Assembly: GCA_964519505.1 (NCBI GenBank)
Contig: CAZFJX010000003.1
Coordinates: 66,877 to 130,876 of the forward strand
DNA length: 64,000 bases
Reading direction: 5' to 3'
Source of the DNA: an uncultured Desulfurococcales archaeon
GTDB lineage: Archaea; Thermoproteota; Thermoprotei_A; Sulfolobales; CAZFJX01
A program made the position numbers and the translations under genes. Below, piece after piece: positions 39,772 to 49,600 of this stretch. The notes under the pieces were generated by a model. That model ran no database searches and was not told where the DNA came from. It saw only the letters and a list, made by a program, of their open reading frames with translations. Within the stretch, counting starts at the first letter, position 1; each line of letters starts with the position of its first letter.

Positions 39772-41133
39772 TCATTTCATTATTTTGTTAAAGTCTCTTA
39801 AATCCCATGTATATTTCTCTCTACCCTCAACCCTTCTGGCTATTACGCCATAGTACTTTCTGTAGTTGTTTAGCTTCGTTAGTTTAGCTACATGTTCTAA
39901 TTTCGTGATTAACCTATCGATATCCTGTCTATCTAAGTCACTCCACTTTACCTCTATTAGTAAGGCCTTCCTTTCTCTCTCATTAAGTGCCACTAGGTCT
40001 ATTTCTTTATCCTTATACCACCATTTACCTATTTTCGTGAATTTAAATGGTAGTTTACCACGTTTATTTAGCTCTATTAAGAACTGCTTAGCTACTTTTT
40101 CAAATACCCACCCTAAGTAGTTGGGATAATCATATTTGATTTCACTTACATCAAACATCCCTTCCTCGATAACTGATAAGTTTGGGTATATGTAACGGAA
40201 CCAAAAGGCAATGAAGTTATCTGTAACATAGTATCTCCCTCTCTTAGACCTAGCGGGATTCTCGGTTATTGGTACTTCCCTAGTAATGAACTCTGTGTCC
40301 ATGAGGTTCTTTAGATAAGGCATTATGTCCGAGTGCTTCATCTTAACATAGTCCCTTATCTCTTTAGGCGTATTCTTACCGTGAGCTATAGCTTCAAGTA
40401 TCTTCTTATACGTCGCTACCTCAGTAAATTCATACTTCATCAGAAAGTCCAGCTCGTCCTTAAGAAACGTATCTGGTCTCTTAACTTCTTCTTGAAGCCA
40501 CTTCCAGAATGGTGTACGTACTTTCTCGAGGTAGTAAGGTATGCCGTCGGTTAAACCATATATCTCTATCAGTTCCTCCCAACCTACTGAAGGGAAGAAG
40601 TCCTTTATGGAGAAGAATTTTAGAGGTTTAAGCTTTATCGAGGCAGTTCTCCTACCGTAAAGTGGACTCTTGTAACTCAACACCTTATCACTCATCATAG
40701 AGATAGAGGAACCTAATAGCACGAGTTTAGTTCTAGTATTACTTAAAACTAAGTCTACAATACGTTGGAACACGGAAATAACCCTAGGATTCTCCTTCAC
40801 TAGGTTGGGGAATTCATCTATAATGACTACCCTATCCTTCAGGAAGTTAAAGTAGGATTCCCAGTCTTCCTGAACATAAGTTAAGTTACGGACTACCTTA
40901 GAGGCTACACGTTTAAATGATTTTAAATTATCACCTTCGATGGCTAAGTAATAGATATGATCCATCCCCCTTACAGCTTCTAAAATAAGCCTGGTCTTGC
41001 CAACCCTCCTTCTGCCATAAATTACGATTAGCTCAAAACGATTACTGTTTAGCTTCTCCCTCAAAACCCTAAGCTCCTCTTCTCTATTCACAAACCTTAT
41101 GATAACCACCATTATGATAAGTGCAGTTATCAT
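39772..41133 (-). CDS. Archaeal AAA+ ATPase with DUF234 restriction-endonuclease-like C-terminus
   Basis: RFVNREEEL, YGRRRVGKT, IIDEFP, SPLYGRRT, EIDLVA...IEVKW. Confidence 0.92.
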   Translation of the reverse strand: MITALIIMVVIIRFVNREEELRVLREKLNSNRFELIVIYGRRRVGKTRLILEAVRGMDHIYYLAIEGDNLKSFKRVASKVVRNLTYVQEDWESYFNFLKDRVVIIDEFPNLVKENPRVISVFQRIVDLVLSNTRTKLVLLGSSISMMSDKVLSYKSPLYGRRTASIKLKPLKFFSIKDFFPSVGWEELIEIYGLTDGIPYYLEKVRTPFWKWLQEEVKRPDTFLKDELDFLMKYEFTEVATYKKILEAIAHGKNTPKEIRDYVKMKHSDIMPYLKNLMDTEFITREVPITENPARSKRGRYYVTDNFIAFWFRYIYPNLSVIEEGMFDVSEIKYDYPNYLGWVFEKVAKQFLIELNKRGKLPFKFTKIGKWWYKDKEIDLVALNERERKALLIEVKWSDLDRQDIDRLITKLEHVAKLTKLNNYRKYYGVIARRVEGREKYTWDLRDFNKIMK

Positions 41134-41181
41134 TTAAATTGTTTATTAGGGGCTGCATTACTAACCGTGGTTAATAGGTAT

Positions 41182-41205
41182 GTAGGTCTAGTTTTCTTGA
41201 CCTAC
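41182..41205. promoter_or_regulatory. Inverted repeat, candidate operator
   Basis: GTAGGTC-n10-GACCTAC between the divergent ATPase and ArsR-like genes. Confidence 0.4.
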
Positions 41206-41263
41206 TTGTCAATGGGTTTAGAGTTATATTTAACTTAAGCCTACCCCTACATGGTGTTCGCGG

Positions 41264-41698
41264 ATGGTGTCGGAAGAGGTGTTTGAGGCTATATCACATC
41301 CCCTTAGGATTAAGATACTGAAGTTACTAGCTAAGAGACCCATGGGGTTTGCTGAGTTAAAGAGGGAATTAGGCATTAAGAGTAGTGGTAAGTTAGACTT
41401 CCATCTAAAGAAGCTTGAAGGACTCATAACGCTAGATAATGAAGGTAAGTATACATTAACCAAGGAAGGTTACGCAGCATTACAGGCCATAACAACGATT
41501 AGGAAGTACGGATGGCAAAAGAGAGCCTTCATTATAGGGATCGTTACTTACATTGCCGCATTGACCTACACATTATGGGTCATGATTCAGGGAGGTATTA
41601 AGACCGTTCATGTGGTAGTGCTGGTGCTACTAACCCTATGGATCATATACTATAGCTACTGGAGCATAGTGAAGAGGAAGGTCTTCAAAGCGTACTGA
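41264..41698 (+). CDS. ArsR-like wHTH regulator with two C-terminal TM helices
   Basis: FEAISHPLRIKIL, LDFHLKKL, YTLTKEG, hydrophobic C-terminus. Confidence 0.85.
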   Translation: MVSEEVFEAISHPLRIKILKLLAKRPMGFAELKRELGIKSSGKLDFHLKKLEGLITLDNEGKYTLTKEGYAALQAITTIRKYGWQKRAFIIGIVTYIAALTYTLWVMIQGGIKTVHVVVLVLLTLWIIYYSYWSIVKRKVFKAY

Positions 41699-41725
41699 AT
41701 TCATTAATTATTTAAAGCTAGGTAG

Positions 41726-42664
41726 GTGGTGATTATGAAGCATGTTATTGAGGTTGAAGGACTCATTAAGGAGTTCAATAGTGTGAGAGTACTGGACGGT
41801 ATAACATTCTACGTAGATGAAGGTGAGGTTTTCGGGCTTCTGGGACCTAATGGCGCAGGTAAGACAACAACCATAAAGATATTGTTAGGTCTCCTTAAAC
41901 CTACTTCAGGTAAGGCATTAGTTTTTGGTAAATCGTTAGCTAATGACGGAAGTAAGGATCTAAGGCGTAGGGTAGGTGTTTTACTTGAGGGTGATGGTCT
42001 CTTCCCTAAGCTAACTGCTTATGAAAACCTAGATTTCTACGCACGGATTTACGGGCTAAGTAACCGTAGGGAGAGGGAGTTAAGGATTAAGGAATTACTG
42101 GAACTCGTCGACCTTTACGAGGTAAGGGATCTAAAGGTAGCTTACCTCTCTAGGGGTATGAGGAGGAGACTGGCTTTAGCTAGGGCGTTAATCAATAACC
42201 CTAAGGTACTGTTTCTTGATGAACCAACAGTAGGTTTAGACCCTGAGTCTAGGGTTATGGTGAGGGACTTAGTGATTAAGCTCTCTAAGAAGTGGGGTGT
42301 GACTATCTTATATACATCCCATGATTTAAGGGAGGTTGAGGAGGTGTGCTTGAAGGTAGGCATATTAGTTAGGGGTAGGCTCATAGCCTATGGTTACGTT
42401 AGTGAATTAATTAGCAGGTTTAGTAAGTCCGTAATTGAGGTAAGGTTAAGTAGGGAGTGTGAGTTATTGAAGGCATACAACGCGCTAAAATTACGTGGCT
42501 ATATCGTTGAGATTTCCTCATCAAACAGATCTATCTTAGTTATTGATGGTGATGCTCCTGAGGTTCTAAGGGAGTTAGTTAGTGATGGTGTTAATGTTGA
42601 GGAAGTAAGGAGGTTAGGTAGCTCCCTAGAGGATGTTTACTTTAAGATTGTCAAGGGTGATTAA
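41726..42664 (+). CDS. ABC transporter ATP-binding protein (drug-exporter type)
   Basis: GPNGAGKTT, LSRGM, FLDEPT. Confidence 0.93.
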   Translation: MVIMKHVIEVEGLIKEFNSVRVLDGITFYVDEGEVFGLLGPNGAGKTTTIKILLGLLKPTSGKALVFGKSLANDGSKDLRRRVGVLLEGDGLFPKLTAYENLDFYARIYGLSNRRERELRIKELLELVDLYEVRDLKVAYLSRGMRRRLALARALINNPKVLFLDEPTVGLDPESRVMVRDLVIKLSKKWGVTILYTSHDLREVEEVCLKVGILVRGRLIAYGYVSELISRFSKSVIEVRLSRECELLKAYNALKLRGYIVEISSSNRSILVIDGDAPEVLRELVSDGVNVEEVRRLGSSLEDVYFKIVKGD

Positions 42665-42666
42665 CC

Positions 42667-43326
42667 ATGAGGCGATCCTTAATAATCGTTAAGAAAGAAT
42701 TAGTAGAGACCTTAAGAGACAGGGCTACAGTGTCTAGTTATTTATTTGTTGGGGCTTTCCTGATGCTATTTAATTCAACAACGTTTAAGGGCGTGATTAA
42801 TGTTGAGGCATTCACAGTCTATTTAGCACCTGTGGTAGGTGTTGCTGTAGGGTTTAACCTAGCTAATAGGTTCGTTAGGGAGAAGGGTGAAGGTGTTTTA
42901 GAGACCTTACTATGTAGTCCATTAACGTTAACGGAGCTATGGTTAGGTAAGGTGGTAGGGTTGTTAATACCGTCTTATATAGCTTCATTAATCTCGGTAA
43001 TGGTTATAGGTATTGTGAGGGGATTAACCCTAGATGCCCCGCTATTAATCTATATCACCTTAGTAACGCCAGCGTTTATAGCGTCAGTCATAGGGCTATT
43101 AGGGTGCCTTTACTGGATCTTAGGGATGAAGGAGGTACGTATCCTTAACTATGTAGTCTTCTTCACTCTCTCCGCAGTAATGTTCATTGTACTGAGATTC
43201 GTAAATGCAATGTCAGTGAGTATAGAGCTAGGTTACTTAGTCATTACAGCTACTTCATTAGCTATGTTGAGCTTAGCGACATGCTTAATGAGGTATATAA
43301 GTAAGGAGAGGCTAATTAAACCGTAA
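42667..43326 (+). CDS. ABC-2 type permease
   Basis: REKGEGVLETLLCSPL...WLGK; about 6 TM helices. Confidence 0.85.
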   Translation: MRRSLIIVKKELVETLRDRATVSSYLFVGAFLMLFNSTTFKGVINVEAFTVYLAPVVGVAVGFNLANRFVREKGEGVLETLLCSPLTLTELWLGKVVGLLIPSYIASLISVMVIGIVRGLTLDAPLLIYITLVTPAFIASVIGLLGCLYWILGMKEVRILNYVVFFTLSAVMFIVLRFVNAMSVSIELGYLVITATSLAMLSLATCLMRYISKERLIKP

Positions 43327-43382
43327 GTAATTACCTATACAGCATGGTGTTTTAGAAATTAGGAGAGTTAAAAATAATATCG

Positions 43383-46300
43383 TTATTTAAGGACCTTCTT
43401 CACAATTACTACCAACGTAATAGCGAGTACCGCTATGACTGCGAAAGCTGCTATGATAAGCCCTTGAAGTACACCCCAACCTTCACCTTCTCTAGGACTT
43501 ACTTCAGCCTCGCTAGTGGCGACGGTAGTCTCTGGAGATGTCTCACTAATTACCTCTGAAGTTGTGGTCGGTACTACGGTCTTTGTTTGCGGTCTCTCCG
43601 TAGTTACTTCGGTTGTCGGTACTGTAGTTGCTGGTGGGGTTGTTGTGGTTTCCATCATGGGTGATGTTTCCTCTACACCGACTGTGAAGTATTTCCCTAG
43701 GACCCAAATATCATCTACATATATATCGACATACCACAACCCCTTAGGTTCTCCTTTAACTAAATACATGGGGAGATCTAACACGGCTACTTGGTCTAGT
43801 GATGACATGTTGGTACGTGTGATGTAGGTTAGGTTATTTGGTGCCTTAAACACTCCGGTAACCACGTGTCTTTGTGAATCAAGGACCTCAGCCCCTACAT
43901 ACACTTTTATTGACTCAGTTTCTGGCGGTGTTTTTATTGACTGAATATCTATGTTCCTAACCCTAGGTAACTCCTCTACCGCATCCGTAGCTATTGAGAC
44001 CCTCTCCTCAAGTACTGTATCCATTAATGTGACGTAGGCCAAGGTCTCGTAAAATTGCTGCGCTATCATTAAGTTATCTATCTTCCACTCCCCACTAACC
44101 TTACTAAGTATCGCTATAGCATCATACTCAAGACTTATCTCCTCACCATTAAACTCAAGAACACCACTAACCCTGTAAGTAACTGCTGCTCTCTCACCTC
44201 CCTCCAGTATACCTACTTCTATGTCGCTAATGTCGTAGGTGAGTGTGCTAGTAGCGTTCCAGAAAGCCTTAGTCATGTCTATAAGTAACTGTAGCTCATC
44301 CTGACTCATACCGTTCGTATTCAACGTTGATAGGTAGGCATCCATATCTTCTTCCTTACATGCCTCGTAATACCTAACTAAGGTTGAAACAACCTCACTA
44401 GACTCACCACCAGCTAGTAAAGCCTCATCAAGACCAGCACCCCCTCTAGCGTAGTGGAGTATGAAGAAGTGTAGGTATCTATGGGTGGTATGTCCTTCAG
44501 AGTCCTTTACCAGTACTATGATACCTGCTGGGAACGTCTTTGTTACTGCATCACCTATCTCCCTATACTTATCGTAGAGCTCCTTAAACCCATACAGAGT
44601 GTTTAAACCTACGGTAATGAAGTAACCCTCCCAAGCACCTAACTTTAACGCTTTAGCTACCATAGTCCCATCTTCAAATAACCCACCAATACCCATCAAT
44701 ATATATACACCATCTAGGTAAAGACCAAGCTTACTAACGTCATCACCCCTCATATATGCCTCAACATCCCCCGCATACTTCCAGGCATTACCACCCAGTG
44801 TCTCCTCAGTACCGAACCAGTCATTTATGAGTAAAGCCCTATCAATAGCGTCATTCTTCATGTACTTAATGAGGGCTTGAGCGGCCTTCTCGTCATAGCC
44901 AGCCTTCTTCACTAACTTACTTATCGCTTTAGTGAACTTCTCATCACCCCATGCTAGGTATTGAGCTATTTTCTTTGAGCTAATTACCGGTACTCCCTTA
45001 GCCTTCATGAACTTCTCAAGTTTAGTGTAGGCTTTAGCGATGTTGGCTCTCTCAGATATTAGGTTAGGTATTAGTGAGAGTAACGCATCCTTAAGCTTAG
45101 ACTTAAGCATATCACTTACTTTAGGTATATTCCTAACATCAAGACCTATAGGTATTGAGCGGAACCCCACATTAAATTCATCCCCTGAACTTACCTCAAA
45201 ATCTATTTTCCCTCCTTCAACCATCTTGCCCTTATAGTCGAACGTGCCTGGTATTGTGGACATTAGGGTAACGTACAGTGTATCACTATCTATGTCCTGA
45301 ACAAGCACACTTATCTTGGCCCAAGTATCCGCCCATACAGGCTGAGATATTGATGCTTTCTCAATCTTAGGGTATGGTGAGATTAACTTAACTCTAATTC
45401 TTATGCTATCCCCTGTCAACACGTCCTTAACGACTATCGTATCATATATGGGGAATGGGTCATTGGACTTAGTGATTACTGGGTAGTAGGACTTAACTAC
45501 CTTAGGTGCTTTATAGTGGAATGATATCTCACCGTTAGAGTCCGTATATAGTTTTACGAAGTAACTACATGCGCTACCGTAATCCATTAGGTTTGGCTCC
45601 ATACTTAGCCAGTTGAGGTCACTACCCCTATCAACGCTTGCTACAAGCTCCCTGTCCTTGACAGGGTTACCATCCTCATCTATAGCCCTAACAATTATCT
45701 CTACGGTATCTTCACCATTAGCTATTACGTAGTCCTTACTTAACTCATAACTTAACTTAACCTTCGGTACGTATGAGGGGTACCTAATAATAGCTGTTGC
45801 TGTGGGTTCTTTAGAGTCACTAGGTATTAATGCTAGTTCAATAATAACCTCATTACTTACGTTACGTAGGTGAGTAGGTATGTCGATAGTGTAGTAGAGG
45901 TCACCAGCGTCTTCACCCTTACCAACGACATCTATTAGGTCGGGCTCCATTAAGGAGACATTCTTACCAGGGAGTAGGGCATATATGGATACCTTAAGTA
46001 CAGCCTCATCAGCACTATAAAGACCTACACCAACCTTAAGATGGATATCGTAGCTCTTACCAGGTATAAGCACTTCCCCTTCCTTAGGTGAAACCTCCTC
46101 AACTCTTACGTAATCTTCCTCAGGTATTTCGGGTATGGGTATCTCCGGCACAGGCATTGGTTCAGCCTTAGTCTCACTAGCACCAACACCACCAAACTTA
46201 CTCATTAACCTGTAGAGGCCTGCCTCAAGTTCATCAAGTATGTCTTCAGGAGATGGGAGTATATCCCAGGGGTCTTCCTCAGGTATGAATATCATATTGA

Positions 46301-47390
46301 AGTTATCATTTTGAATACACCCCTTACTAGGATAATCAGGGTCGCCAGAGGCTACGGGTATGCAAGGATCGACAATTAAGTTATATAATAGCCATGACGT
46401 CACACCTAACGACACATAGTCCCACTCATCTTTCTTAAGGTCAAAACTTATGGCATTTGCTATGGCTAGATATATTAATCCTGTTACGTAACCGCTCGAT
46501 AATCTCCTATAGAACCAGATCATGTAGAAAGCTATATACCCTGTATTATAGTAACATACGCTGGTATTCTCACCAGATAAATATAGTTTTTCTTCGCCTT
46601 TCCTATACTCATAGGATATTTCGAGTGGTGGACATACGTCGACTCCTTGACCTATAACCACCTTAGTGTTTTCAGTGTCTATGAGCTTCTCTGTTTTAAT
46701 AATACCCCCTTGGACCTCACTTACACTCTGTAAGAACAATTCAAGGAGCTCATTAGCTTCCTCCTTACTTGCGGTCTCTAGGTCCTCCATAATTAAGGAA
46801 TCAGTAACTACTATACCTTCTTTTTCAAGTTGCTCAACATCCCATTGCGTATTAATGACATTCTGCACTATCTCAACATTTTCGAAGGGTATGTACCTAA
46901 TTCTAGCTTTTAGCATACCTAATGTCCCTGCAAGAAAGAGAGCCTCTTTAGGTAGTGGGTATTCACCGTAGGTATCCTCCCACTTTTTAGCTAGTTCGGT
47001 GGTTAACTCATCGAATATTAACTCACCATTAATTATGTAAGGTTTCTCCTTAGATGGCCAAGTGAACTCAGCATAGTACTTGCCCTCATACATTACGCCT
47101 GCGGGGACGAAGACGTAGTTTGCCTTAGCAAACATTTCCTCAATCTTGGGTAAGGTTATGAGGTCTTCCTCTACCTTTTTAAACCCTATGTGCCATTCCC
47201 ATTTAGGGTAGTTGGGTAGGTCAGAGACCTGTATAATATTCTCTAAGTCTAAACCACCTTCACTAGTTGCAGTCTTTACGTGCATCACTGGCGTTGCCAT
47301 TAGCGATGCTAAAACTAGAACCGCTAGTATTGTTCCAAGAACCTTATTCTTATAGGGACCTCCTACCTTAACCACACTCAATTTGACCAC
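43383..47390 (-). CDS. Large membrane-anchored cell-surface protein (Ig-like and NTF2/SnoaL-like domains)
   Basis: N-terminal signal peptide, ANGED...DEDGNPV...TDSNG Ig motif, YYEACKEEDMDAYLSTL...GEWKI NTF2-like, Thr-rich stalk, C-terminal TM plus KK. Confidence 0.75.
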   Translation of the reverse strand: MVKLSVVKVGGPYKNKVLGTILAVLVLASLMATPVMHVKTATSEGGLDLENIIQVSDLPNYPKWEWHIGFKKVEEDLITLPKIEEMFAKANYVFVPAGVMYEGKYYAEFTWPSKEKPYIINGELIFDELTTELAKKWEDTYGEYPLPKEALFLAGTLGMLKARIRYIPFENVEIVQNVINTQWDVEQLEKEGIVVTDSLIMEDLETASKEEANELLELFLQSVSEVQGGIIKTEKLIDTENTKVVIGQGVDVCPPLEISYEYRKGEEKLYLSGENTSVCYYNTGYIAFYMIWFYRRLSSGYVTGLIYLAIANAISFDLKKDEWDYVSLGVTSWLLYNLIVDPCIPVASGDPDYPSKGCIQNDNFNMIFIPEEDPWDILPSPEDILDELEAGLYRLMSKFGGVGASETKAEPMPVPEIPIPEIPEEDYVRVEEVSPKEGEVLIPGKSYDIHLKVGVGLYSADEAVLKVSIYALLPGKNVSLMEPDLIDVVGKGEDAGDLYYTIDIPTHLRNVSNEVIIELALIPSDSKEPTATAIIRYPSYVPKVKLSYELSKDYVIANGEDTVEIIVRAIDEDGNPVKDRELVASVDRGSDLNWLSMEPNLMDYGSACSYFVKLYTDSNGEISFHYKAPKVVKSYYPVITKSNDPFPIYDTIVVKDVLTGDSIRIRVKLISPYPKIEKASISQPVWADTWAKISVLVQDIDSDTLYVTLMSTIPGTFDYKGKMVEGGKIDFEVSSGDEFNVGFRSIPIGLDVRNIPKVSDMLKSKLKDALLSLIPNLISERANIAKAYTKLEKFMKAKGVPVISSKKIAQYLAWGDEKFTKAISKLVKKAGYDEKAAQALIKYMKNDAIDRALLINDWFGTEETLGGNAWKYAGDVEAYMRGDDVSKLGLYLDGVYILMGIGGLFEDGTMVAKALKLGAWEGYFITVGLNTLYGFKELYDKYREIGDAVTKTFPAGIIVLVKDSEGHTTHRYLHFFILHYARGGAGLDEALLAGGESSEVVSTLVRYYEACKEEDMDAYLSTLNTNGMSQDELQLLIDMTKAFWNATSTLTYDISDIEVGILEGGERAAVTYRVSGVLEFNGEEISLEYDAIAILSKVSGEWKIDNLMIAQQFYETLAYVTLMDTVLEERVSIATDAVEELPRVRNIDIQSIKTPPETESIKVYVGAEVLDSQRHVVTGVFKAPNNLTYITRTNMSSLDQVAVLDLPMYLVKGEPKGLWYVDIYVDDIWVLGKYFTVGVEETSPMMETTTTPPATTVPTTEVTTERPQTKTVVPTTTSEVISETSPETTVATSEAEVSPREGEGWGVLQGLIIAAFAVIAVLAITLVVIVKKVLK

Positions 47391-47407
47391 CCATACGTTA
47401 CGGTACG

Positions 47408-47475
47408 TACTTTAGTTGAGTCCAAGAAGAGAAGGATCTTGTTTGACCCTTCATCCCTTGAACTCAACTAAAGTA
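47408..47475 (-). promoter_or_regulatory. Long hairpin in the leader of the surface-protein gene
   Basis: TACTTTAGTTGAGT...ACTCAACTAAAGTA 14-bp perfect arms plus inner pairing; TTATATA box at about 47511-47518. Confidence 0.55.
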
Positions 47476-47596
47476 TCTATCACACTTACGGTTTCCTAAT
47501 CACTAGGCTTTTATATAAGTCTTTCTCTAGAAATTTACAGCTTATTCAGGGATTGATTATAAAATTTAGATTTATATGTTACTCGATACTCACTCA

Positions 47597-48298
47597 TTAC
47601 TCCTTACTAAATGCTTCTACAGCTGCTTTAGCCATATCATCAATTACTTTCCCTGGGTTCTTCGCCTTCATTATTGCTGAAGCTACTAGAACCCCTGAGG
47701 TACCTAGCCTTATTGCTGCCGCTACATCCTCATAGCTTGATATACCTGCACCAGTCAGTATTATTACTTCCTTATTGATCTTCCTAACATAGCTTACGGT
47801 GTTCGTTATGACTTCGGGCTTAGCCTTAGACACGGCTATACCTGTCCCTATAAGCTCCGGAGGCTCAACAGCTAGTAACTCAGGCTTAAGCGCTGATATG
47901 GCTGCTGAAGTCTCTGGCGTGTCAGCACAGACTAAGGTCTCTAAGCCTAAGTCCTTAGCCTTCTTAATCAAGAAGTTAATTTCATCGATCCTCAACCTCT
48001 TCTCACTATGGTTTATCATTATACCTGAAGCACCTACCTCCTTAACCATCTCAGCAGTTACGTGACCGGTATGGGCACCTAAGTTAACTGGATCCACGTG
48101 CTGGGCGAACACAGGTATCTCAACCTCCTGAACCAACCTACTTATTTCAGTTAATGGTGGTAAGATAATAACCGTTAACCCATACTCCTTAGCAGCCCTC
48201 TCAGCTAACTTAGCTATCTCTAAGGCTGTCCTACCGAAGGCGGTTGAGTAAGCCTTAAAGTTAATTGCTAATATAGGCTCCTTCATAGTTGACACCAA
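47597..48298 (-). CDS. tpiA: Triosephosphate isomerase
   Basis: INFKAY, AQHVD, NHSE, VEPPELIGTG, GAGIS. Confidence 0.95.
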   Translation of the reverse strand: MVSTMKEPILAINFKAYSTAFGRTALEIAKLAERAAKEYGLTVIILPPLTEISRLVQEVEIPVFAQHVDPVNLGAHTGHVTAEMVKEVGASGIMINHSEKRLRIDEINFLIKKAKDLGLETLVCADTPETSAAISALKPELLAVEPPELIGTGIAVSKAKPEVITNTVSYVRKINKEVIILTGAGISSYEDVAAAIRLGTSGVLVASAIMKAKNPGKVIDDMAKAAVEAFSKE

Positions 48299-48349
48299 TG
48301 AAAATTTAGTATTTGATTAAAAAGTCGTTATGTTAATACTTATGGTTCT

Positions 48350-49522
48350 TTACTCATGCGTTTCGTGCCTTAAGAGGGTTGTCTCTACTTTTGGTCTTTT
48401 AATGGCTACACCCTTAGTCTCTACGAATCTACCTTCAAGTTTCTTAAGTACTTGAGGTAGCGTGGTGTACTCCATCTCCTCAGGACCTAACCTATGAGGC
48501 ATGAACGGTCCGTGCCTCCTCATGTAGTCAGCTATGAAGCTAGCTAACCTACGTGTCTCATCGAATGCTGGGTCATCGAATAGGTCTGCAGGGCCTATTA
48601 ACTTACCGTTCTTTATCTGGAACCCTAGGGCTAGTACTCTTGGTGGGCCATCAAACCTCGTACACTTAGCGTACCTCTGGCTTATCGGCATTAATGGGCC
48701 GTGGTGACTGCCTCTCATCCAGCCAGCAACTAGGTGCGGGAATGCGAATGGCTCTAGGATCTCACCCAGTGCTGGGAACCCTGACTGGGCTCTAACTACG
48801 GCTACTGGGTCGTCCTTACCTACGTACCTACCAGCTATTAGGCTTAACCTCTCAACGCTTACTACTGCAGCTATCTCGTTGTCCTTCTTCCTATAGACCC
48901 TCCTAATTATGTACCTGCCTGGAGTACCTATTAGTGCTAAGATATCGTACATCTCTTCGGGGGCGTTCATTATTACGCTCTTACTCTCAAACACGTCGAA
49001 GATTTCGAACTTGAAGCCGTCATGGAACTTGGGGTCTATAACTAATCCGGCAGTATTGAATGGGTCTGCGAATATCCTAAATATTGGTAGGTTGAAGGCA
49101 CCTGGCTCGGTCTTATCAGCCATGAACACGACTATAGGCTCGGCAGGCCTCTCCTCAAACTCCATCTCAGCAACTCCGGGGCCTAAACCCCTAATGTTAC
49201 CTGAGAATGCCTCAGCGAGTAAGTCCTGACCTGCAGCATAGAGACCTAGCTCTTTAGCTACCTTAGCAGCCTCTTGAAATGCTTGCCAAGCAAGACCGTG
49301 TATGTCTGGGCTATCAACACCCTTAGTGTGGGTCATAATTAGCTGTAGGTCGTCACCTACGTGAGTTACATAGTAATCTATTAGTAGTCCCTTAGCCTTA
49401 GCCTCCTCGAGAACCTTACTAGCTACCTCCATAGTCTTTGGGTGGACGATGTGATGACCTGCTAGAGAACCTATATCTGCCTTAATTACGGAGATAGTTA
49501 CTTTAAATCCCATACGATACAC
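48350..49522 (-). CDS. fbp: Fructose-1,6-bisphosphate aldolase/phosphatase
   Basis: KADIGS..GH, GQDLL, DKTEPGAFN, YVGKDDP, GWMRGSH. Confidence 0.96.
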   Translation of the reverse strand: MYRMGFKVTISVIKADIGSLAGHHIVHPKTMEVASKVLEEAKAKGLLIDYYVTHVGDDLQLIMTHTKGVDSPDIHGLAWQAFQEAAKVAKELGLYAAGQDLLAEAFSGNIRGLGPGVAEMEFEERPAEPIVVFMADKTEPGAFNLPIFRIFADPFNTAGLVIDPKFHDGFKFEIFDVFESKSVIMNAPEEMYDILALIGTPGRYIIRRVYRKKDNEIAAVVSVERLSLIAGRYVGKDDPVAVVRAQSGFPALGEILEPFAFPHLVAGWMRGSHHGPLMPISQRYAKCTRFDGPPRVLALGFQIKNGKLIGPADLFDDPAFDETRRLASFIADYMRRHGPFMPHRLGPEEMEYTTLPQVLKKLEGRFVETKGVAIKRPKVETTLLRHETHE

Positions 49523-49600
49523 CTTAAGAGAAGAATTGGTATTAGCTTTTAAATAGTATTCTTGTAAAATAACTTTAAGTAAGTCAAATCAATATAAGTT

